From: Octopus vulgaris
Lineage: Eukaryota
Assembly (NCBI GenBank): GCA_951406725.2
Contig: OX597821.1
Coordinates: 11,408,001-11,472,000, forward strand
DNA length: 64,000 bases
Direction of reading: 5' to 3'
Positions 39,962-53,867 of this stretch are shown piece by piece. Every line of letters begins with the position of its first letter. Position 1 is the first letter of the stretch. The notes beneath the pieces are model-generated. The model saw only the letters and a program-made list of their open reading frames with translations. It had not been told where the DNA came from and did not search any database. The translations under genes were made by a program, and so were the position numbers.

Positions 39962-42645
39962 TTACTTCCCAGAGCGCTCGGTCTTGTTTGCTCTGGTTCA
40001 TTCTATGAGAACGGACAGCATAGAATGAACCCTGATAAGGACCCTGAAGTCCAGATAACCCATTTTTAGACCACAATCAAGGCGACTGTATTATGTCAAG
40101 GTAACTGTATCATTCAGTCAAGGTGATTGTTTCATGAGTAAGCTGTGTGAATGCACATGATATGAACTGGGCCTGGAAACAAGGTTACTTTCTTATTGAT
40201 CACTTCATGTCAGAGGTCTCATAAGGTCTCTTTCTGCACATTATAATGTTTGATACTTGGTTATTAATTATCGTGGAAACATTCAATACCCACCAACACC
40301 CACGAATCTCAAAATCCTACCTGTCCCTGCAGAGCAGTTTTTTTGGGCTTGCTCATATTTTCGTGTCGTCTCTCCTGGTGGTGAAATTACATCCTGCTCA
40401 AGTACTGGTGATGGTGGTGGCAGTGGTGGCGGCGGCGGCGGCATTGGTGACAGTGAGGTGAGTATGGAGAAGGAAGAGCAAGATACAGACTTCATCTCCA
40501 CTGGTGGCAGTGAGGACGGAAGGTTGCAAAAGACTGGGATCTAAAACCTACAAATAGGTGCAATGCATGCAACGGACCTCCAAACACTTTATATCTATCC
40601 AGTTCCACTTATAATGCTTGGTTTGGCCCGACGCTATGATAGAAGGGATTTGCCTAAAATGCCGCTGAGTGGGTTTGAACAGCGAACCATGGATTTACGA
40701 ACCGAAATTCCTTGTCACAATGTTTAGTTGCTGCCGTTATATGTTAAATATGCTTTCCATTGCAGGAAGACGACTTCATTGTAGAACAGCCACGACTGTG
40801 ACGATAATTGCCAAAATACGGGTTAGCACCTTCTTTCTTCTGAAGGAAGAGAGAAAAGAAAATGCATGTTTTGTGGATTGGCAACAATTTCTTACGTCGA
40901 AAGTAATCTACTATTAAAAAAAGGAAATACTAGCAAAAAGACAAAAATAATAGTAATTGTAGGCATGTGTGACAATAACATCTATAATAAAAGTCACAAT
41001 AGCGATTGTGATGTTCTGACAACATAATCAGCAGAAATAACAGTAGTTATGGAAGCGTGTGCTGTGCTTATGTGTATGTGTCTACGTTGTGTGTGTGTGT
41101 ACGTGAGAGATAGATAGATAGAGGGAGAGAGAAGGCGAGATATAGACAAACAAATAGATCGAGAGATAGATTGAGAGAAGGACAAAGATAGGGAGAAAGG
41201 GTGAGATATAGACAGATATCACTATATATATATATGTATGTATGTATATATATGATGAGGGAGAGAGAGAGAGAAAATTTAGTGCAAGTCATATGCGCAC
41301 GCAACAATTGAATCTCAAGAGGGTGATCTAAAAAAATACATGGAATAAGGGACGACTGTAAGTCAGCAAGGTGCAATGATTCTTGCTCTGAAATAATTAT
41401 GTGAAGAAACATGAGAAAAGTTAATTATGTTTCGATGTAATTCCGAACAAACAACGTGACTTTGAAAGCTCACACAGAGATATCGAAAATTTGACAATAT
41501 TTTGAAAAAACACTGCTCACGCATAATCTTGTGAAAATGTGGTAGATTTGAGGTGGGGTCTAGTCAACGATTAAGGTTTATGAAGGTCAGATTTTATGAA
41601 CAACAGGACACTCATAAAGGTTGTTGGGGATCTCATTAAAGATTTTGGATATCTTGTTGTTATTCTAGACAAATGTGAGAAATGGCTGGGAAAGGATCGC
41701 TATTTTGACTTCATGTTGATACATGAAGGTACAAGGTGATGCTAGTACCATAGTCCAAAGATGAAGAACTTGGAGATGATGGCAATGTACAAAAATTCTA
41801 GAGGTTTCATTTCAGCAGGTGAAGGATACGTAAAGACTCGATGCGTGGGAAAATTACAACAACGTTACAATAATAAGAAATAGCATTTCAACCAGAATAC
41901 AAACAATAACAAGAACACTAGCAAAAGCAACAACAACACTAACCAACCAACTCGAGCTCTTAGAAATTGTAACTAATTCTCTCTCAAATTACAACCTACC
42001 ACCGCTTTGAAGACGGAAGAAGACATTGAAAAAATTAGTTCAGATATGGAAAATACAGGCTGGTATGGCAGGGGCGATTTTACTTATAAATCTGCTTGAT
42101 TAAGTCTGATTTGTGGCGAAGCAAAAGCAACCGAAACAAAATAATATGGACATCTATCGTGCCCTCCAGGGACCAACCGCTGAGTAGTCGGGAGGAGAAC
42201 TACGAACAAGCTAACGAGTCCCAGTATTAGTAACCAACACACAAGCAGCCACTGAAGAGAACTACAAATCCTCAACTGAGTCAATGGAGGAAACCTCTAA
42301 GTGGTGGATCGACATGCGTGAAGTAGCAAACAGGTCTATTTCTAATCACATGCTCGTGTCTCAGAAAAGGAAGAGTGAATCGGGTGACCAAACATTTGAA
42401 GTGGTGTGCACAGAAAAAAAAAAAACAAAAAAGAAAAACAACAGGATGATGTTTTCGACTCTAGATGTACATAAGACTGACCAGGGGGATAAAAGACATC
42501 GACATAAAGAGGAACAAAAATAACAGAAATAACAATAGCTTCTAACAGAAGCTTCCTCATAAACACACCGTGAACTAAGGGTCTCATCGCCGACGCCACT
42601 TGAAACAAAGTAATGGAGAGAGAGAGGGAGAGAGAGAGATAGAGG

Positions 42646-42689
<44 letters not shown>

Positions 42690-43738
42690 GAGAGAGAGAG
42701 AAAGAGAGAATGTTATTCAAGCCCTAAATGACAATAGATAAGGACCCTGAAGTCCAGATTACCCAATTTTGAGACCAGTGAAGGAGACTGTATCATTCAG
42801 TCAAGGTGATTGTTTCATGAGTAAGCTGTATGAATGCTCATATGAATTAGGCCTGGAAACAAGGTTACTTTCTTAATGATCACTTCACATAGGCGTGATA
42901 GCCTTAAGCGAAAGCCGAATTTACGGTATGAACTCACCTATGCTTCTTTTGGGTGACTACGAACTATACAGCGCTTTCATTCAATCTAAATAGAGACAAG
43001 TGGTACTACTGTCTTTGAAAGACCCGGTTTTCGCTGTAGGAAGATCTTCTTAGACCCACAAAATATATTGGTGGTCTAGAGTGTGAACAGTAGCTTAGTC
43101 AGTGTCCTTAAACTAGTGGTCATTTCTTCTCAAACTAGAGTCCATCATTTAAACTTCTTCAGGCATATAGAAGTATTCTCACTCGTTAATGTTGGACTGG
43201 ATGACTGGAATGGCATGTTTAGTACACACTGGGAATGTCTGGTAGTAGCTGATAAGAAAGTAATGTCTCAAAACTCACACAAGCTTGTTCGGGTAGTTCC
43301 AACTGCCTAATAGGCAGTGCTGGCTTCAATAAACCGCATTGGGTTATCCTGGTCATACCAAGATAGAACCTTTATTAGGTCAACCGGTATGTACTATGTA
43401 TGGTAGCTGACTTTTCAGACCACAAGTTTAAGAACTGCAGAGTAAGCATAGATATGGTACGCAGATACATAACTGGTTGAACGCATCGTTTATGGCGCGG
43501 AAGACTTACGGAAACCGATCATCACGTTAAATAGTCTGTAATGCTATAAGACTTGTCCACGTTTCAATCTTCCTGGTGCTTTAACCCAAGCAAAATCCTT
43601 CGTTTCTTAGTAGGGTCTGTCCAATGACATATGAAGCTGTCACACTGGCTAAATTAGACTTCCCTCTTCTGGAATCGTGTTACAAAATCACTCACATGAT
43701 TTGGTTTGGTTCATGCATTTCATTCATATTCCTCTAAT

Positions 43739-44106
43739 GTTACGACGACGAGGGTTCCGGTTGATCCGATCAACGGAACAGCCTGCTCGTGAAATTAACG
43801 TGTAAGTGGCTGAGCACTCCACAGTGCACGTGTACCCTTAACGTAGTTCTCGGGGATATTCAGCGTGACACAGAGAGTGACAAGGCCGGCCCTTTGAAAT
43901 ACAGGTACAACAGAAACAGGAAGTAAGAGTGAGAGAAAGTTGTGGTGAAAGAGTACAGCAGGGATCAACACCATCCCTGCCGGAGCCTCGTGGAGCTTTA
44001 GGTGTTTTCGCTCAATAAACACTCACAACGCCCGGTCTGGGAATCGAAACCGCGATCCTACGACCGCGAGTCCGCTGCCCTAACCACTGGGCCATTGCGC
44101 CTCCAC
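43739..44106 (-). mobile_element. SINE family C with 11-bp TSD
   Basis: TSD attcctctaat at 43728-43738 and 44107-44117. Confidence 0.9.
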
Positions 44107-44678
44107 ATTCCTCTAATACAGTAGGTCTCTCAAAAGAGAACTACTGGAGCAGAATCGATAGGGTTTAGTAAAAAAAAAGTGAGGCTATAAAACAATAGAT
44201 TGGAGTAGGGTCTAGAATTCACTTTAGAAGAGACGAGTAAGAAAATCAATAAATAAAATATAACGCGGTAGCAGTGTAAACAATGATGCAATCTTCAACA
44301 AGAAACGCGGAGGTTGCTTTGTCGGAACTAATGAGAGCACAGGTGAGAGAGACAGAGAGTACTTGCTCTTGGCGGTAAGAGTAATCTCTGATTCGCCAGG
44401 GCTATTTGTTGACTTTAAGGGGCTGTATGCTTATCGTGGTACGTTATATAATCCCTTTTGTATTCAATTCTTTACCATTCATGAGTTTTGTATAATCAAT
44501 CCTATGTAAACCACCATCATTTTCAAAATTTTCCCTTGTAATATCATTTCGTACATTACCCCTGTGGCAAATAAAGAAATTATCATTATTATTATTATTA
44601 TTATTATTATTCTTATCAACAACAACAACAACAATAATAATACTAATGATGATGATGATAATAATAATAATAGTAATG

Positions 44679-44757
<79 letters not shown>

Positions 44758-44914
44758 CAACAATAATAATAATATAGCACAAAAAATTATCAAAAAAATA
44801 TTTCATTAATATCGTTGTTATTATCCTCCATGCTCAGTTCAGCTTTACCACAATGGTTGATATTTTCGGCACAGGAACACAGTTGCCATTTTCTTTGCAT
44901 TTTATGTATTTTTA

Positions 44915-44965
<51 letters not shown>

Positions 44966-45184
44966 TTCTTTTTTCTTTTTTTTTGTTGTTGTTCGTTTTA
45001 TGTTTTATGGTTTATGGTTTCATTCACAGATCTTCTATAATTACCTGCATTCCAGAATACATCACATATTCCGGCTGTATTTCATTTTGGTTCCGGATGC
45101 ATCAATTCATGCAATTCGGCTCATCTTGGCTAGAACTGACATCCGCTGGATTTAGGGAATGTATGAATAGAAATAGCCGAATGC

Positions 45185-46860
45185 TGGTGGTGGTGGTGGT
45201 GGCGGCAGTGGCGGAGGTAGTGGTAATGTTCGTGGTGGTGATGATGATGGTGGTGATGGTGATGGTGGTGGTGGGGGTGATGGTTGTGGTGATGGTGGTG
45301 GTGGCGGCAGTGGCGGATGTAGTGGTAATGTTCGTGGTGATGATGATGATGGTGGTGGTGGTGATGGTGGTGGTGGGGGTGATGGTTGTGGTGATGGTGG
45401 TGGTGGCGGCAGTGGCGAAGGTAGTGGTAATGTTCGTGGTGATGATGATGATGGTGGTGGTGGTGATGGTGGTGGTGGGGGTGATGGTTGTGGTGATGGT
45501 GGTGGTGGCGGCAGTGGCGAAGGTAGTGGTAATGTTCGTGGTGGTGATGATGATGATGGTGGTGATGATGGTGGTGGTGGTGGATGGTGGTGATGGTGAT
45601 GGTGGTGGTGGTTGTGGTGATGGTGGTGGTGGTGGTGGTGGTGGTGGTGGTGGTGGTGATGGTGGTGGTGATGGTGGTGGTGGCGGCAGTGGCGGAGGTG
45701 GTGGTAATGTTCGTGGTGGTGATGATGATGATGGTGGTGATGATGATGGTGGTGGTGATGGTGGTGATGGTGATGGTGGTGGTGGTTGTGGTGATGGTGG
45801 TGGTGGTGATGGTGGTGGTGGTGGTGGTGGTGGTGGTGGTGGTGGTGGTGATGGTGGTGGTGGCGGCAGTGGCGGAGGTGGTGGTAATGTTCGTGGTGGT
45901 GATGATGATGATGGTGGTGATGATGATGGTGGTGGTGGTGGTGGTGGTGGTTGTGGTGATGGTGGTGGTGGTGATGGTGGTGGTGGTGGTGATGGTTGTG
46001 GTGATGGTGGTGGTGGTGATGGTGGTGGTGGTGATGGTGATGACGTTGGTATTGGTGGTGATGGTGGTTGTGGTGATGGTAGTGATGGTGGGGTAGACGT
46101 GGTGATGATGGAGGTTGTGATGATGGAGGTGGTGATGATGGAGGTGGTGATGATGGTGGTGATGGTGGTGGTGGTGGTAGAGGTGGTGGTAGTAATGATA
46201 ATGATAGTTGTGATGGTGGTGGTGATTGTGATGATGGTGATGGTAGTGGTGGTGAAAGAGGTGGCGATATTGGTGCCGGTGGTGGGGTAGTGTTTGAGCT
46301 ATGGTGGTGGTGGTAGTGGTCTCAGTGGTGATCGGGATGCTGGTGGTGGCGGTTATGATGGTGGTGGTGGCTAGAGGTGATGGGGACAGTGGTAGTGATG
46401 TTGTTGGAGGACGTGGTGAATGGTTGTTCGAGGGTGGGGTGGGTGGCGGTGGAGGGGTGTCGGTGGCGATGTCAGCGGTGGTGGTAATGATAGTCGTGGT
46501 GGTGGTGGTGGTGGTCGCAGTAATGGTGGAGGTTGTGGTTGTTGTGGCGGTTGTAGCAGTGTAGTGGTGGCCATTACGGCTGTCGTGCAATTGGTAGGGG
46601 TGTCGTAGTAGCGATGTTGTTGGTACTAGTGGTAGCGGTGGTGACGGCGGAGGGTGGCAATGGTTGTAGTGATGCTGGCGGCGGCGGCGCTGGCGGTGGT
46701 GGTAATGGTAGTGGTGATGATAGTTGCGGTGATAGTTGTGGTGTGGTGGCTGTAGTTGTTGTTGTGGTAGTATTGGTGGGAGTTCTGGTGGTAGTGATAA
46801 TTATGGTGGTGTTGCTGGTGATGTTGGTAGCGGTAGTAGTGCTAGTGGTCGTGTAGTAAG
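45185..46860. repeat. Degenerate (GGT)n tract with higher-order minisatellite
   Basis: Anchor ggcggcagtggcg at 45201, 45303, 45405, 45507, 45682 and 45862. Confidence 0.9.
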
Positions 46861-47061
46861 GAGGCTGGCCGTACAACTTGTACTAGGTGTATGGTGCGGT
46901 ACCAGTGCTACTTGGTGGTAGAGATATTGGTGAAGTATTAGTCAAGATGGTGTTATTTACTGGTATTGCTGGTGGTGGTGGTGGTCTTTGCGATGTTGTC
47001 CGTCGTTGTGAGGTAGTGATTACAATTACAATGGTAGTACTGATAATTGTACATGTATGCG

Positions 47062-47134
<73 letters not shown>

Positions 47135-47386
47135 ATTTATGTGTACAGGTGTGTGTGGATGCGTATGTAGATGTTTCAGAAAATAAGCGCTTTTGTTGTG
47201 TGTGTGTGTCTGTGCATATCCGTGTGCGTGTGTGTAAGCGTGTTTGTATGTGTTAGTGAATGTGTGGGTATGTGAGTATTTGTGTGTATGTGTGTGTGTG
47301 TGTGTGGGGGGGTGTTCTGATTAAATGTAAGTGTTTCGTAGTAGTAATGCGTATGTATGTACCTGTATTCTGCACACATATATGTA

Positions 47387-47421
<35 letters not shown>

Positions 47422-47674
47422 AAGGGAAAAAGAATGTAAAGAATAATAGAGAAAGAAAGTACGGAAGAAAGAAAGAAGGAAAGACAGAAAGAAAGAATGA
47501 AAGAAAGGAAGAAAGAAGGAAGGAAAGAAAGAAAGAGAGAAAGAAAGTAAGAAATGAAGAAAGCGCGAGAGAGAGGGGGAGAGGGAGCGAGTGAGGGGGG
47601 AGAAAGAGGGAGGGAGAGTTAAGAGAGGAGGAGGGAGAGTTAGTGGTTAATAAGGAGAGGCTAAAAAAAGAAAG

Positions 47675-47710
<36 letters not shown>

Positions 47711-47810
47711 ATAGTGATAGATAGAGAAAACTTGGAATAAAGGGAGAGTACAAAAGGCGAAGCGTTGCCGTAGAATAAGTATTATTATAGCTTAATATAT
47801 AAAATGTTAA

Positions 47811-48420
47811 GGGAGCGGTGAGCTGGCAGAAACGTTAGCTGTATTGGCCGGCGAAATGCGTAGCCGTATTTCGTCTGCCGTCACGTTCGGAGTTCAAATT
47901 CCGCCGAGGTCGACTTTGCCTTTCATCCTTTAGGGATCGATTAAATAAGTACCAGTTACGTACTTGGGTCGATATAATCGACTTAATCCGTTGGTCTATC
48001 CTTGATTTTCCTCTCTGTGTTTAGCCCCTTGTGGGCTATAAAGAAATAGGTATTTCGTCTGCCGCTACGTTCTGAGTTCAAATTCCGCCGAGGTCGACTT
48101 TGCCTTTCATTCTTTCGGGGTCGATAAATTAAGTACCAGTTGCGTACTAGGGTCGATCAAATCGAATGTCCCCCTCCTAAAAAATGTCGGTCCTTGTGCC
48201 TAGAGTAGAAAAGATTATAAATGCAGTGAGCTGGCAGAAACGTTAGCACGCCAGCGAAATGTTTAGCAGTATGTCGTCCCTCTTTACGTTCTGAGTTCAA
48301 GTTGTGCCGAGATCGACTTTAGTTTTCATCCTTTCGGGGGTCGATAAATTAAGTACCAGTTACGTACTGAGGTCGATCTGATCAACTGGCCTCCCTTCCC
48401 AAAAATTTCTGCTAGAGTAG
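47811..48420 (+). mobile_element. SINE family B tandem array (three units)
   Basis: Units at ~47811, ~48049 (restart at ggtatttc) and ~48223. Confidence 0.85.
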
Positions 48421-48521
48421 AGTATATAAAATGTTAAATCATATGTCAAGTACTTTTCGTCAGGTGATGTCATTCGTTCTGTCAGGCTCAGCAGTTGTGC
48501 TAAGAGTGATAAGAGAGACGA

Positions 48522-48562
<41 letters not shown>

Positions 48563-48696
48563 CGGGAGTGAGAAGAGGTAACACCGAGATGTTCAAAAGA
48601 TTAGATGAGTAGGTAAAATGTATGTATGTATGTATGTGTATGGATGGGTGGATGGATCGATGAATCGATGAACAGAGGGTGGATGGATATATGGAA

Positions 48697-48927
48697 GGCG
48701 GCGAGCTGGCAGAAACGTTAGCGCGCCGGGCGAAATGCGTAGCCATATTTTGTCTGTCGTTACGTTCCGAGTTCAAATTCAGCCGAGGTCGACTTTGCCT
48801 TTCATCCTTTCGGGGTCGATAAATTAAGTACCAGTTACGCACTGGAGTCGATGTAATCGACTTAATCCCTTTGTCTGTCCTTGTTTGTCCCCTCTGTGTT
48901 TAGCCCCTTGTGGGTAGTAAAGAAATA
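48697..48927 (+). mobile_element. SINE family B, full length
   Basis: Consensus match. Confidence 0.9.
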
Positions 48928-49387
48928 CATGCATGGAGGGATGGCTAGAAGGACGGGTAGATCGTTGAACGATACATGTATTTCTTTCTACAAACTCACG
49001 AACACATATTTATAGAACAAATTCATTTTATTGTCCAATTACATTACTAAAACCGTCGCTGTCACCATGCTACGCACCAACGCATCAACGTCTCTATTCT
49101 ATTATTCTATTTCTACAAATAGTTCTGTTCACTTCATAGACCAAAATGACTTATTATACTATTATAGTCTTTCTCACCACTATGATTCTCCACTATTCGA
49201 TATCATCTTCAGAAACATTAATATTAATAACAACACCATTGTTACACAAGAATAATTTATTAACCTATTAATACAATAAATATCATTATCGCTTTACATC
49301 CCTTCTATCGTTAGACTATTTCTAATACAATCTTTACTAACACTACTATTACCATCCCTACTATCTCCGCCATCTTTACTACCAACA

Positions 49388-49448
<61 letters not shown>

Positions 49449-49857
49449 CATCATTATTATTATTATTATTATCAAGTCATTGTGTGTGACTATTATCGCT
49501 GGGAACAGTGTGATTCATACATCTACTGGTATCACTAGTTCCACTAACAACATCGCCGTTGACCACCGTTCCTATCATGGCCATAACCATAAGAATTATC
49601 ATCACCATCACCATTACGACCATCATGATCAGACCAATCACACGGAATTCACTGACTGTTGGAAAAGTATTAATATGAACAGTATTATAAAACAAATCAT
49701 TTGTGGACAATGGCAACTGTTTTAAATCCAAGCAGGAATGTCTACACTACATGCAATTTCCATGTGAGTAACCTGTCATATCTTATTGATAATCAACCAG
49801 CAAGGTGTAGAGTAATCACGGTGAAGTAGTGATTAAAGTATTTGTATAAAAAATATC

Positions 49858-50361
49858 TGGAGGCGCGTGGCTTAGCGGTTAGGGTGTCAGCATCATGGTC
49901 GTAAGAGTGTGGATTCGATTCCTGGACCGGGCGAAGCGTTGTATTCTTAAGCAAAACACTTCATTTCACGTTGCTCCAGTCCACTCAACTGGCCAAAATT
50001 AGTAACGCTGCAATGGACTGGCGTCCCGTCCAGCTGGGGAACATATACGCCATTGAACCCGGGAAACTGGGCCCATGAGCCTGGCTAGGCTTTAAAAGGG
50101 CGCATTTATTAGTGGAGGCGCGTGGCTTAATGGTTAAGATGTCAGCATCATGATCGTAAGATTGTGGTTTCGATTCCTGAACCGGGCGACGCGTTGTGTT
50201 CTTGAACAAAACACTTCATTTCACGTTGCTCCAGTCCACTCAGCTGGCAAAAATGAGTAACGCTGCAATGTCCAGCTGGGGAACACATACGCCATAGAAA
50301 CCGTGAAACCGGGCCCACGAGCCTGGCTAGGCTTTAAAAGGGTGCATTTATTATTTTTTTA
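49858..50361 (+). mobile_element. SINE family D head-to-tail dimer with a single 12-bp TSD
   Basis: Units 49858-50110 and 50112-50350; TSD ataaaaaatatc at 49846-49857 and 50362-50373. Confidence 0.9.
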
Positions 50362-51164
50362 ATAAAAAATATCAATTGGATGCATTAAGTTATAATGGGG
50401 ATATCACTGTTATGATATACCATAAAGAGTCCACCGGATGCTTTACGTTACGTAAAGTAGTTTGACTTCAAGCTTCAGTAAGCTCAAACCCCGGGGCGTT
50501 AACCGAGTCTCTTTCATTATTGTAAGATCTATTAGATGAGTACTAGTGACGCAGTGTGAGGACGTATGGCCAAGAGGTTAGGGCGTTTCATTCAAGATCA
50601 CGTGAAGTGTGTTGTGTTCTTGAGCAAAACTCTTCATCTCTCGTTGGTCTGTGATCACTTCGACACCTGACAAGTTGCTCACCGTGCAAATATTCAGGCA
50701 AGGTCAATTTGATGGAGTGTATGAACTAATGGAAAACGCATTCATTTTATCACCATAAATACGTAAATAATTTCTGCGAGATGCTCAACAAGAAATTGCA
50801 GAGCCGTCTTTCTTGGATTACGTGGGACTACCATCATTACCATCAGTCACCTAAGTATGTTTATTTAGTCTACCACCCCTAAGTTAATATAATACATTTC
50901 CTTGAAGTACCTTATACTATTATAGGAGTAGATACACTATATATTATCGAATGCTGATGATTAATCCTATAAACAACTAGGTTGTATAAACACCACTGGA
51001 AGTTTCGTATTTTGATAATGAACTAAAACAGCTCAGCTGTACGGATTCGTATAATTAGAATCTATACCTAATAGAATTGCAGGAGGGCATTCACAAACTT
51101 AGACAATTTTATGATATTCCTGTTTGCTATATCAATGCAATGTTCCTACTCTGCTGTATATTGT

Positions 51165-51428
51165 TAAGGCCGGCACTATGAAGCGTGGTGCCCAATTAGA
51201 GAATTGTTAGCGAGGCCCTCTACAAAAGCTGACGATTGATGTTTTATGCTTCGTGTACGACGCCAGTTCCAAGCTAAAAGCGTTGAGGGCTAGATGTTCC
51301 ATTATCACCCACAATCATATACTAAAAGTTCATAATAACGTCCCTCGCTCGAGCGTGCGCGCGGGACTCTCTGTTGGCGCGGAGCCCAAGTTGAACAAAT
51401 CTGTCTAATTGGCCTAAAAGCGGCCCTG
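51165..51428. mobile_element. Degenerate hAT-like MITE
   Basis: Termini taaggccggc... / ...gcggccctg; imperfect 8-bp TSD tatattgt/catattga. Confidence 0.5.
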
Positions 51429-51907
51429 CATATTGATACTGCTAAGTAGAATGAAAAGTTCATGAGATACAGGTCTTAACCACGATTACGTTGCCATCGG
51501 AGAGACGCGAACTGCGAGCTCTGTAGTTTACCGTTCAGTAGCTTATCAATTTTACAATTTGCCGTTATCTTTTCTGTTACACCATAAATCCATAAATCTC
51601 AAAACAGCTGAACGTCATAATAATGATGGAATCTCTTGTCGAAGACGAATTATGATTGCTCAGATTTTGCTGAACGATCAGCACAAATGGTCAAAATGTA
51701 TGTTCTGTACATTAGCTCACTCTCACCATTAAATCGACCTTACTTGAAAAGGTGCACGGTGTATCAGACGTCAGGTATCGAAGTGATCACAGAGTAAAGT
51801 AAGACGAAGTGCTTTGCTTAAGAACACGACGCCACACCCAGGCCAGGGATTGAAACCACGGTCTCGCGATCATGAGTGCAAAATTCTAAGAAGTTGACCA
51901 TGTACAC

Positions 51908-51940
<33 letters not shown>

Positions 51941-52339
51941 TAGCAACAACAACAACAACAACAACAATAATAATAATAATAATAGTCAAGACAAAGCGCG
52001 CGATTCGATTGTAATAGATATTTTATTGGTTAAACGATATTTCGACAGTAAGTCTGTCTTTGTCACGTTCAAAATAAGAACTGATAAAAATTCAAAATAA
52101 TAGAAATTTAAATTTAAAGTATGAACGAGAGCAACCACATTGATGGAATGATGGAGCAACCACATTGATGGAATCAGTCTTTAAGTTTCAATTTTATAAC
52201 AGAAGAAAAAAGAAAAGGAAAACAAGAAGAATATTTAATCACACAGTTTTGTATAGTTTTGATGATATTCTCCTGTCATTTAATTAATTTCTCAAGGGCG
52301 TAACGTTAATAACCCGCAAACATATTTCTCCTCATGCAT

Positions 52340-53215
52340 TTTGAGAAATGAAAGTGGCAATGCCCTTACCCATCAATGGTTAGTTACTTCTGGCTTAAAA
52401 TCAGAAACAGAAGGCTTTATCATAGCAGCCCAATATCAATGCCTACCTAAAAGTAACTACCATGCCAATATATTGAAGAATGCCAGTAACGCACCATGTC
52501 ACATATGTAAACAACAAAATGAAACCATTGATCATGTTGTCTCCATGTGTAGTCTTCTTGCGCCTACAAAGCATCCCAACAGGCATGATACAGCAGCACT
52601 TTATATTCACTGGGTAATTTGCAAAAACCTGGACCTGCTCCATGATAAAAGCTGGTGGGAACACAAACCACCTCCAGTGCTTGAAAATGATCACATCTCA
52701 CTCCTCTATGCGAATAGGCTAGACATTATATTGAAAGACTTCAGTAAAAAATCATGCCTCCTCATTGATATGACTGCCTCAATCGACATAAATGTATCTG
52801 ACAAGACCTACCAAACACTGAGCAAGTATAAAGATCTTGAAATAGATATTGGCAAAATGTGGAACCTCAATACTAAAGCAATACCTGTTGTCATAGGTGC
52901 CCTCGGAATTATAGCAAAAGGGACTGATTCCTAACTAACTCTGATACCAGGAAACCCCCAAATGGCAGAAATTCAAAAGATAGTGCCCATGGAAACTGCC
53001 CATATCCTAGGTAAAATGCTGTCTATGTAATTTCAAATTTTAAAACAAACTTATAATTTTCTTAAACATTCTCTAGAACAATACTATGTGCAAAACCAAA
53101 TATATGGCATCCTAGGCATAATACCAACTCGAGCTTTTAATTGTTGTATCTTGAGGTCTCTGAGTGAGACTTGGAGTCAACTTGTACAAATACAAAGCAA
53201 AAGTCAAACATATGA
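52340..53215 (+). pseudogene. Dong/R4-type LINE 3' fragment (different subfamily)
   Basis: WL..SGLKSETEGFIIAAQ, CHICKQQNETIDHVVSMC, RHD, KYKDLEI; 3' end in (AAT)n. Confidence 0.85.
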
Positions 53216-53817
53216 TAATAATAATGATGATGATGATGATGATGATTAGTGGTGTAAATATAGCCACCATTAAATGTATAAATGTATTGCATTTGGAAAT
53301 CGCTTGACCATCTAAATTTTTTGTTTCCTCTCCTCTCACAATGTAGTGCCCTGTATTTAGTGAGAAGAAATTATTATTGGCCTACTAGGTGGCTGGTTCC
53401 GCACGCAAGGCAGTTCTTCTGCCAACGATGAAGGTCTCACCGTGACGGTTGAACTTGCTAGAGGCAGTATACTGGTTTCCCTCATATCTCACTACACAAC
53501 TGTCTTAGGCATAAAGGAAACGCTAGATTTTATTATCTATGATTCTCTCTTTGAATACAGTTATATATGGAATGTTGATTATCGGGCTGTGCTCATTGAA
53601 GGTTGAATTGAAGTTAAACAGCAGCTAGCTGTTCTTACTATTTGGAGTGGGGTGGAGTCATTGAGTACAAATACTGCAAAAGATAAATTGTATCTTTATT
53701 TTTCAGGCATCGACCAATAAGAATCAATATCAATTCGATTTTATGTTTCCCCGAAACTCTTTGACCTTGAGTCACTCTGTTATTTCTACTAAACATTAAT
53801 AATAATAATTAATAATA

Positions 53818-53867
<50 letters not shown>

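Noticed and set aside
40257-40544. 95-aa ORF with a Gly run as a host gene
   Set aside because: No recognisable domain, non-ATG start and no convincing splice signals
42930-43500. Additional RTE remnant (and a LINE remnant at 57230-57570)
   Set aside because: Motif traces too weak to call without a profile search
44815-46590. 491-aa Val/Gly-rich and 486-aa His/Thr-rich ORFs as structural proteins
   Set aside because: They are open in several frames on both strands because GGT/GAT repeats lack stops; composition switches at indels, so there is no frame selection
48449-48510. miRNA hairpin with a miR-1992-like 5' end (tcagcagttgt)
   Set aside because: Similarity is limited to ~11 nt from memory, and the stem has many mismatches and wobbles
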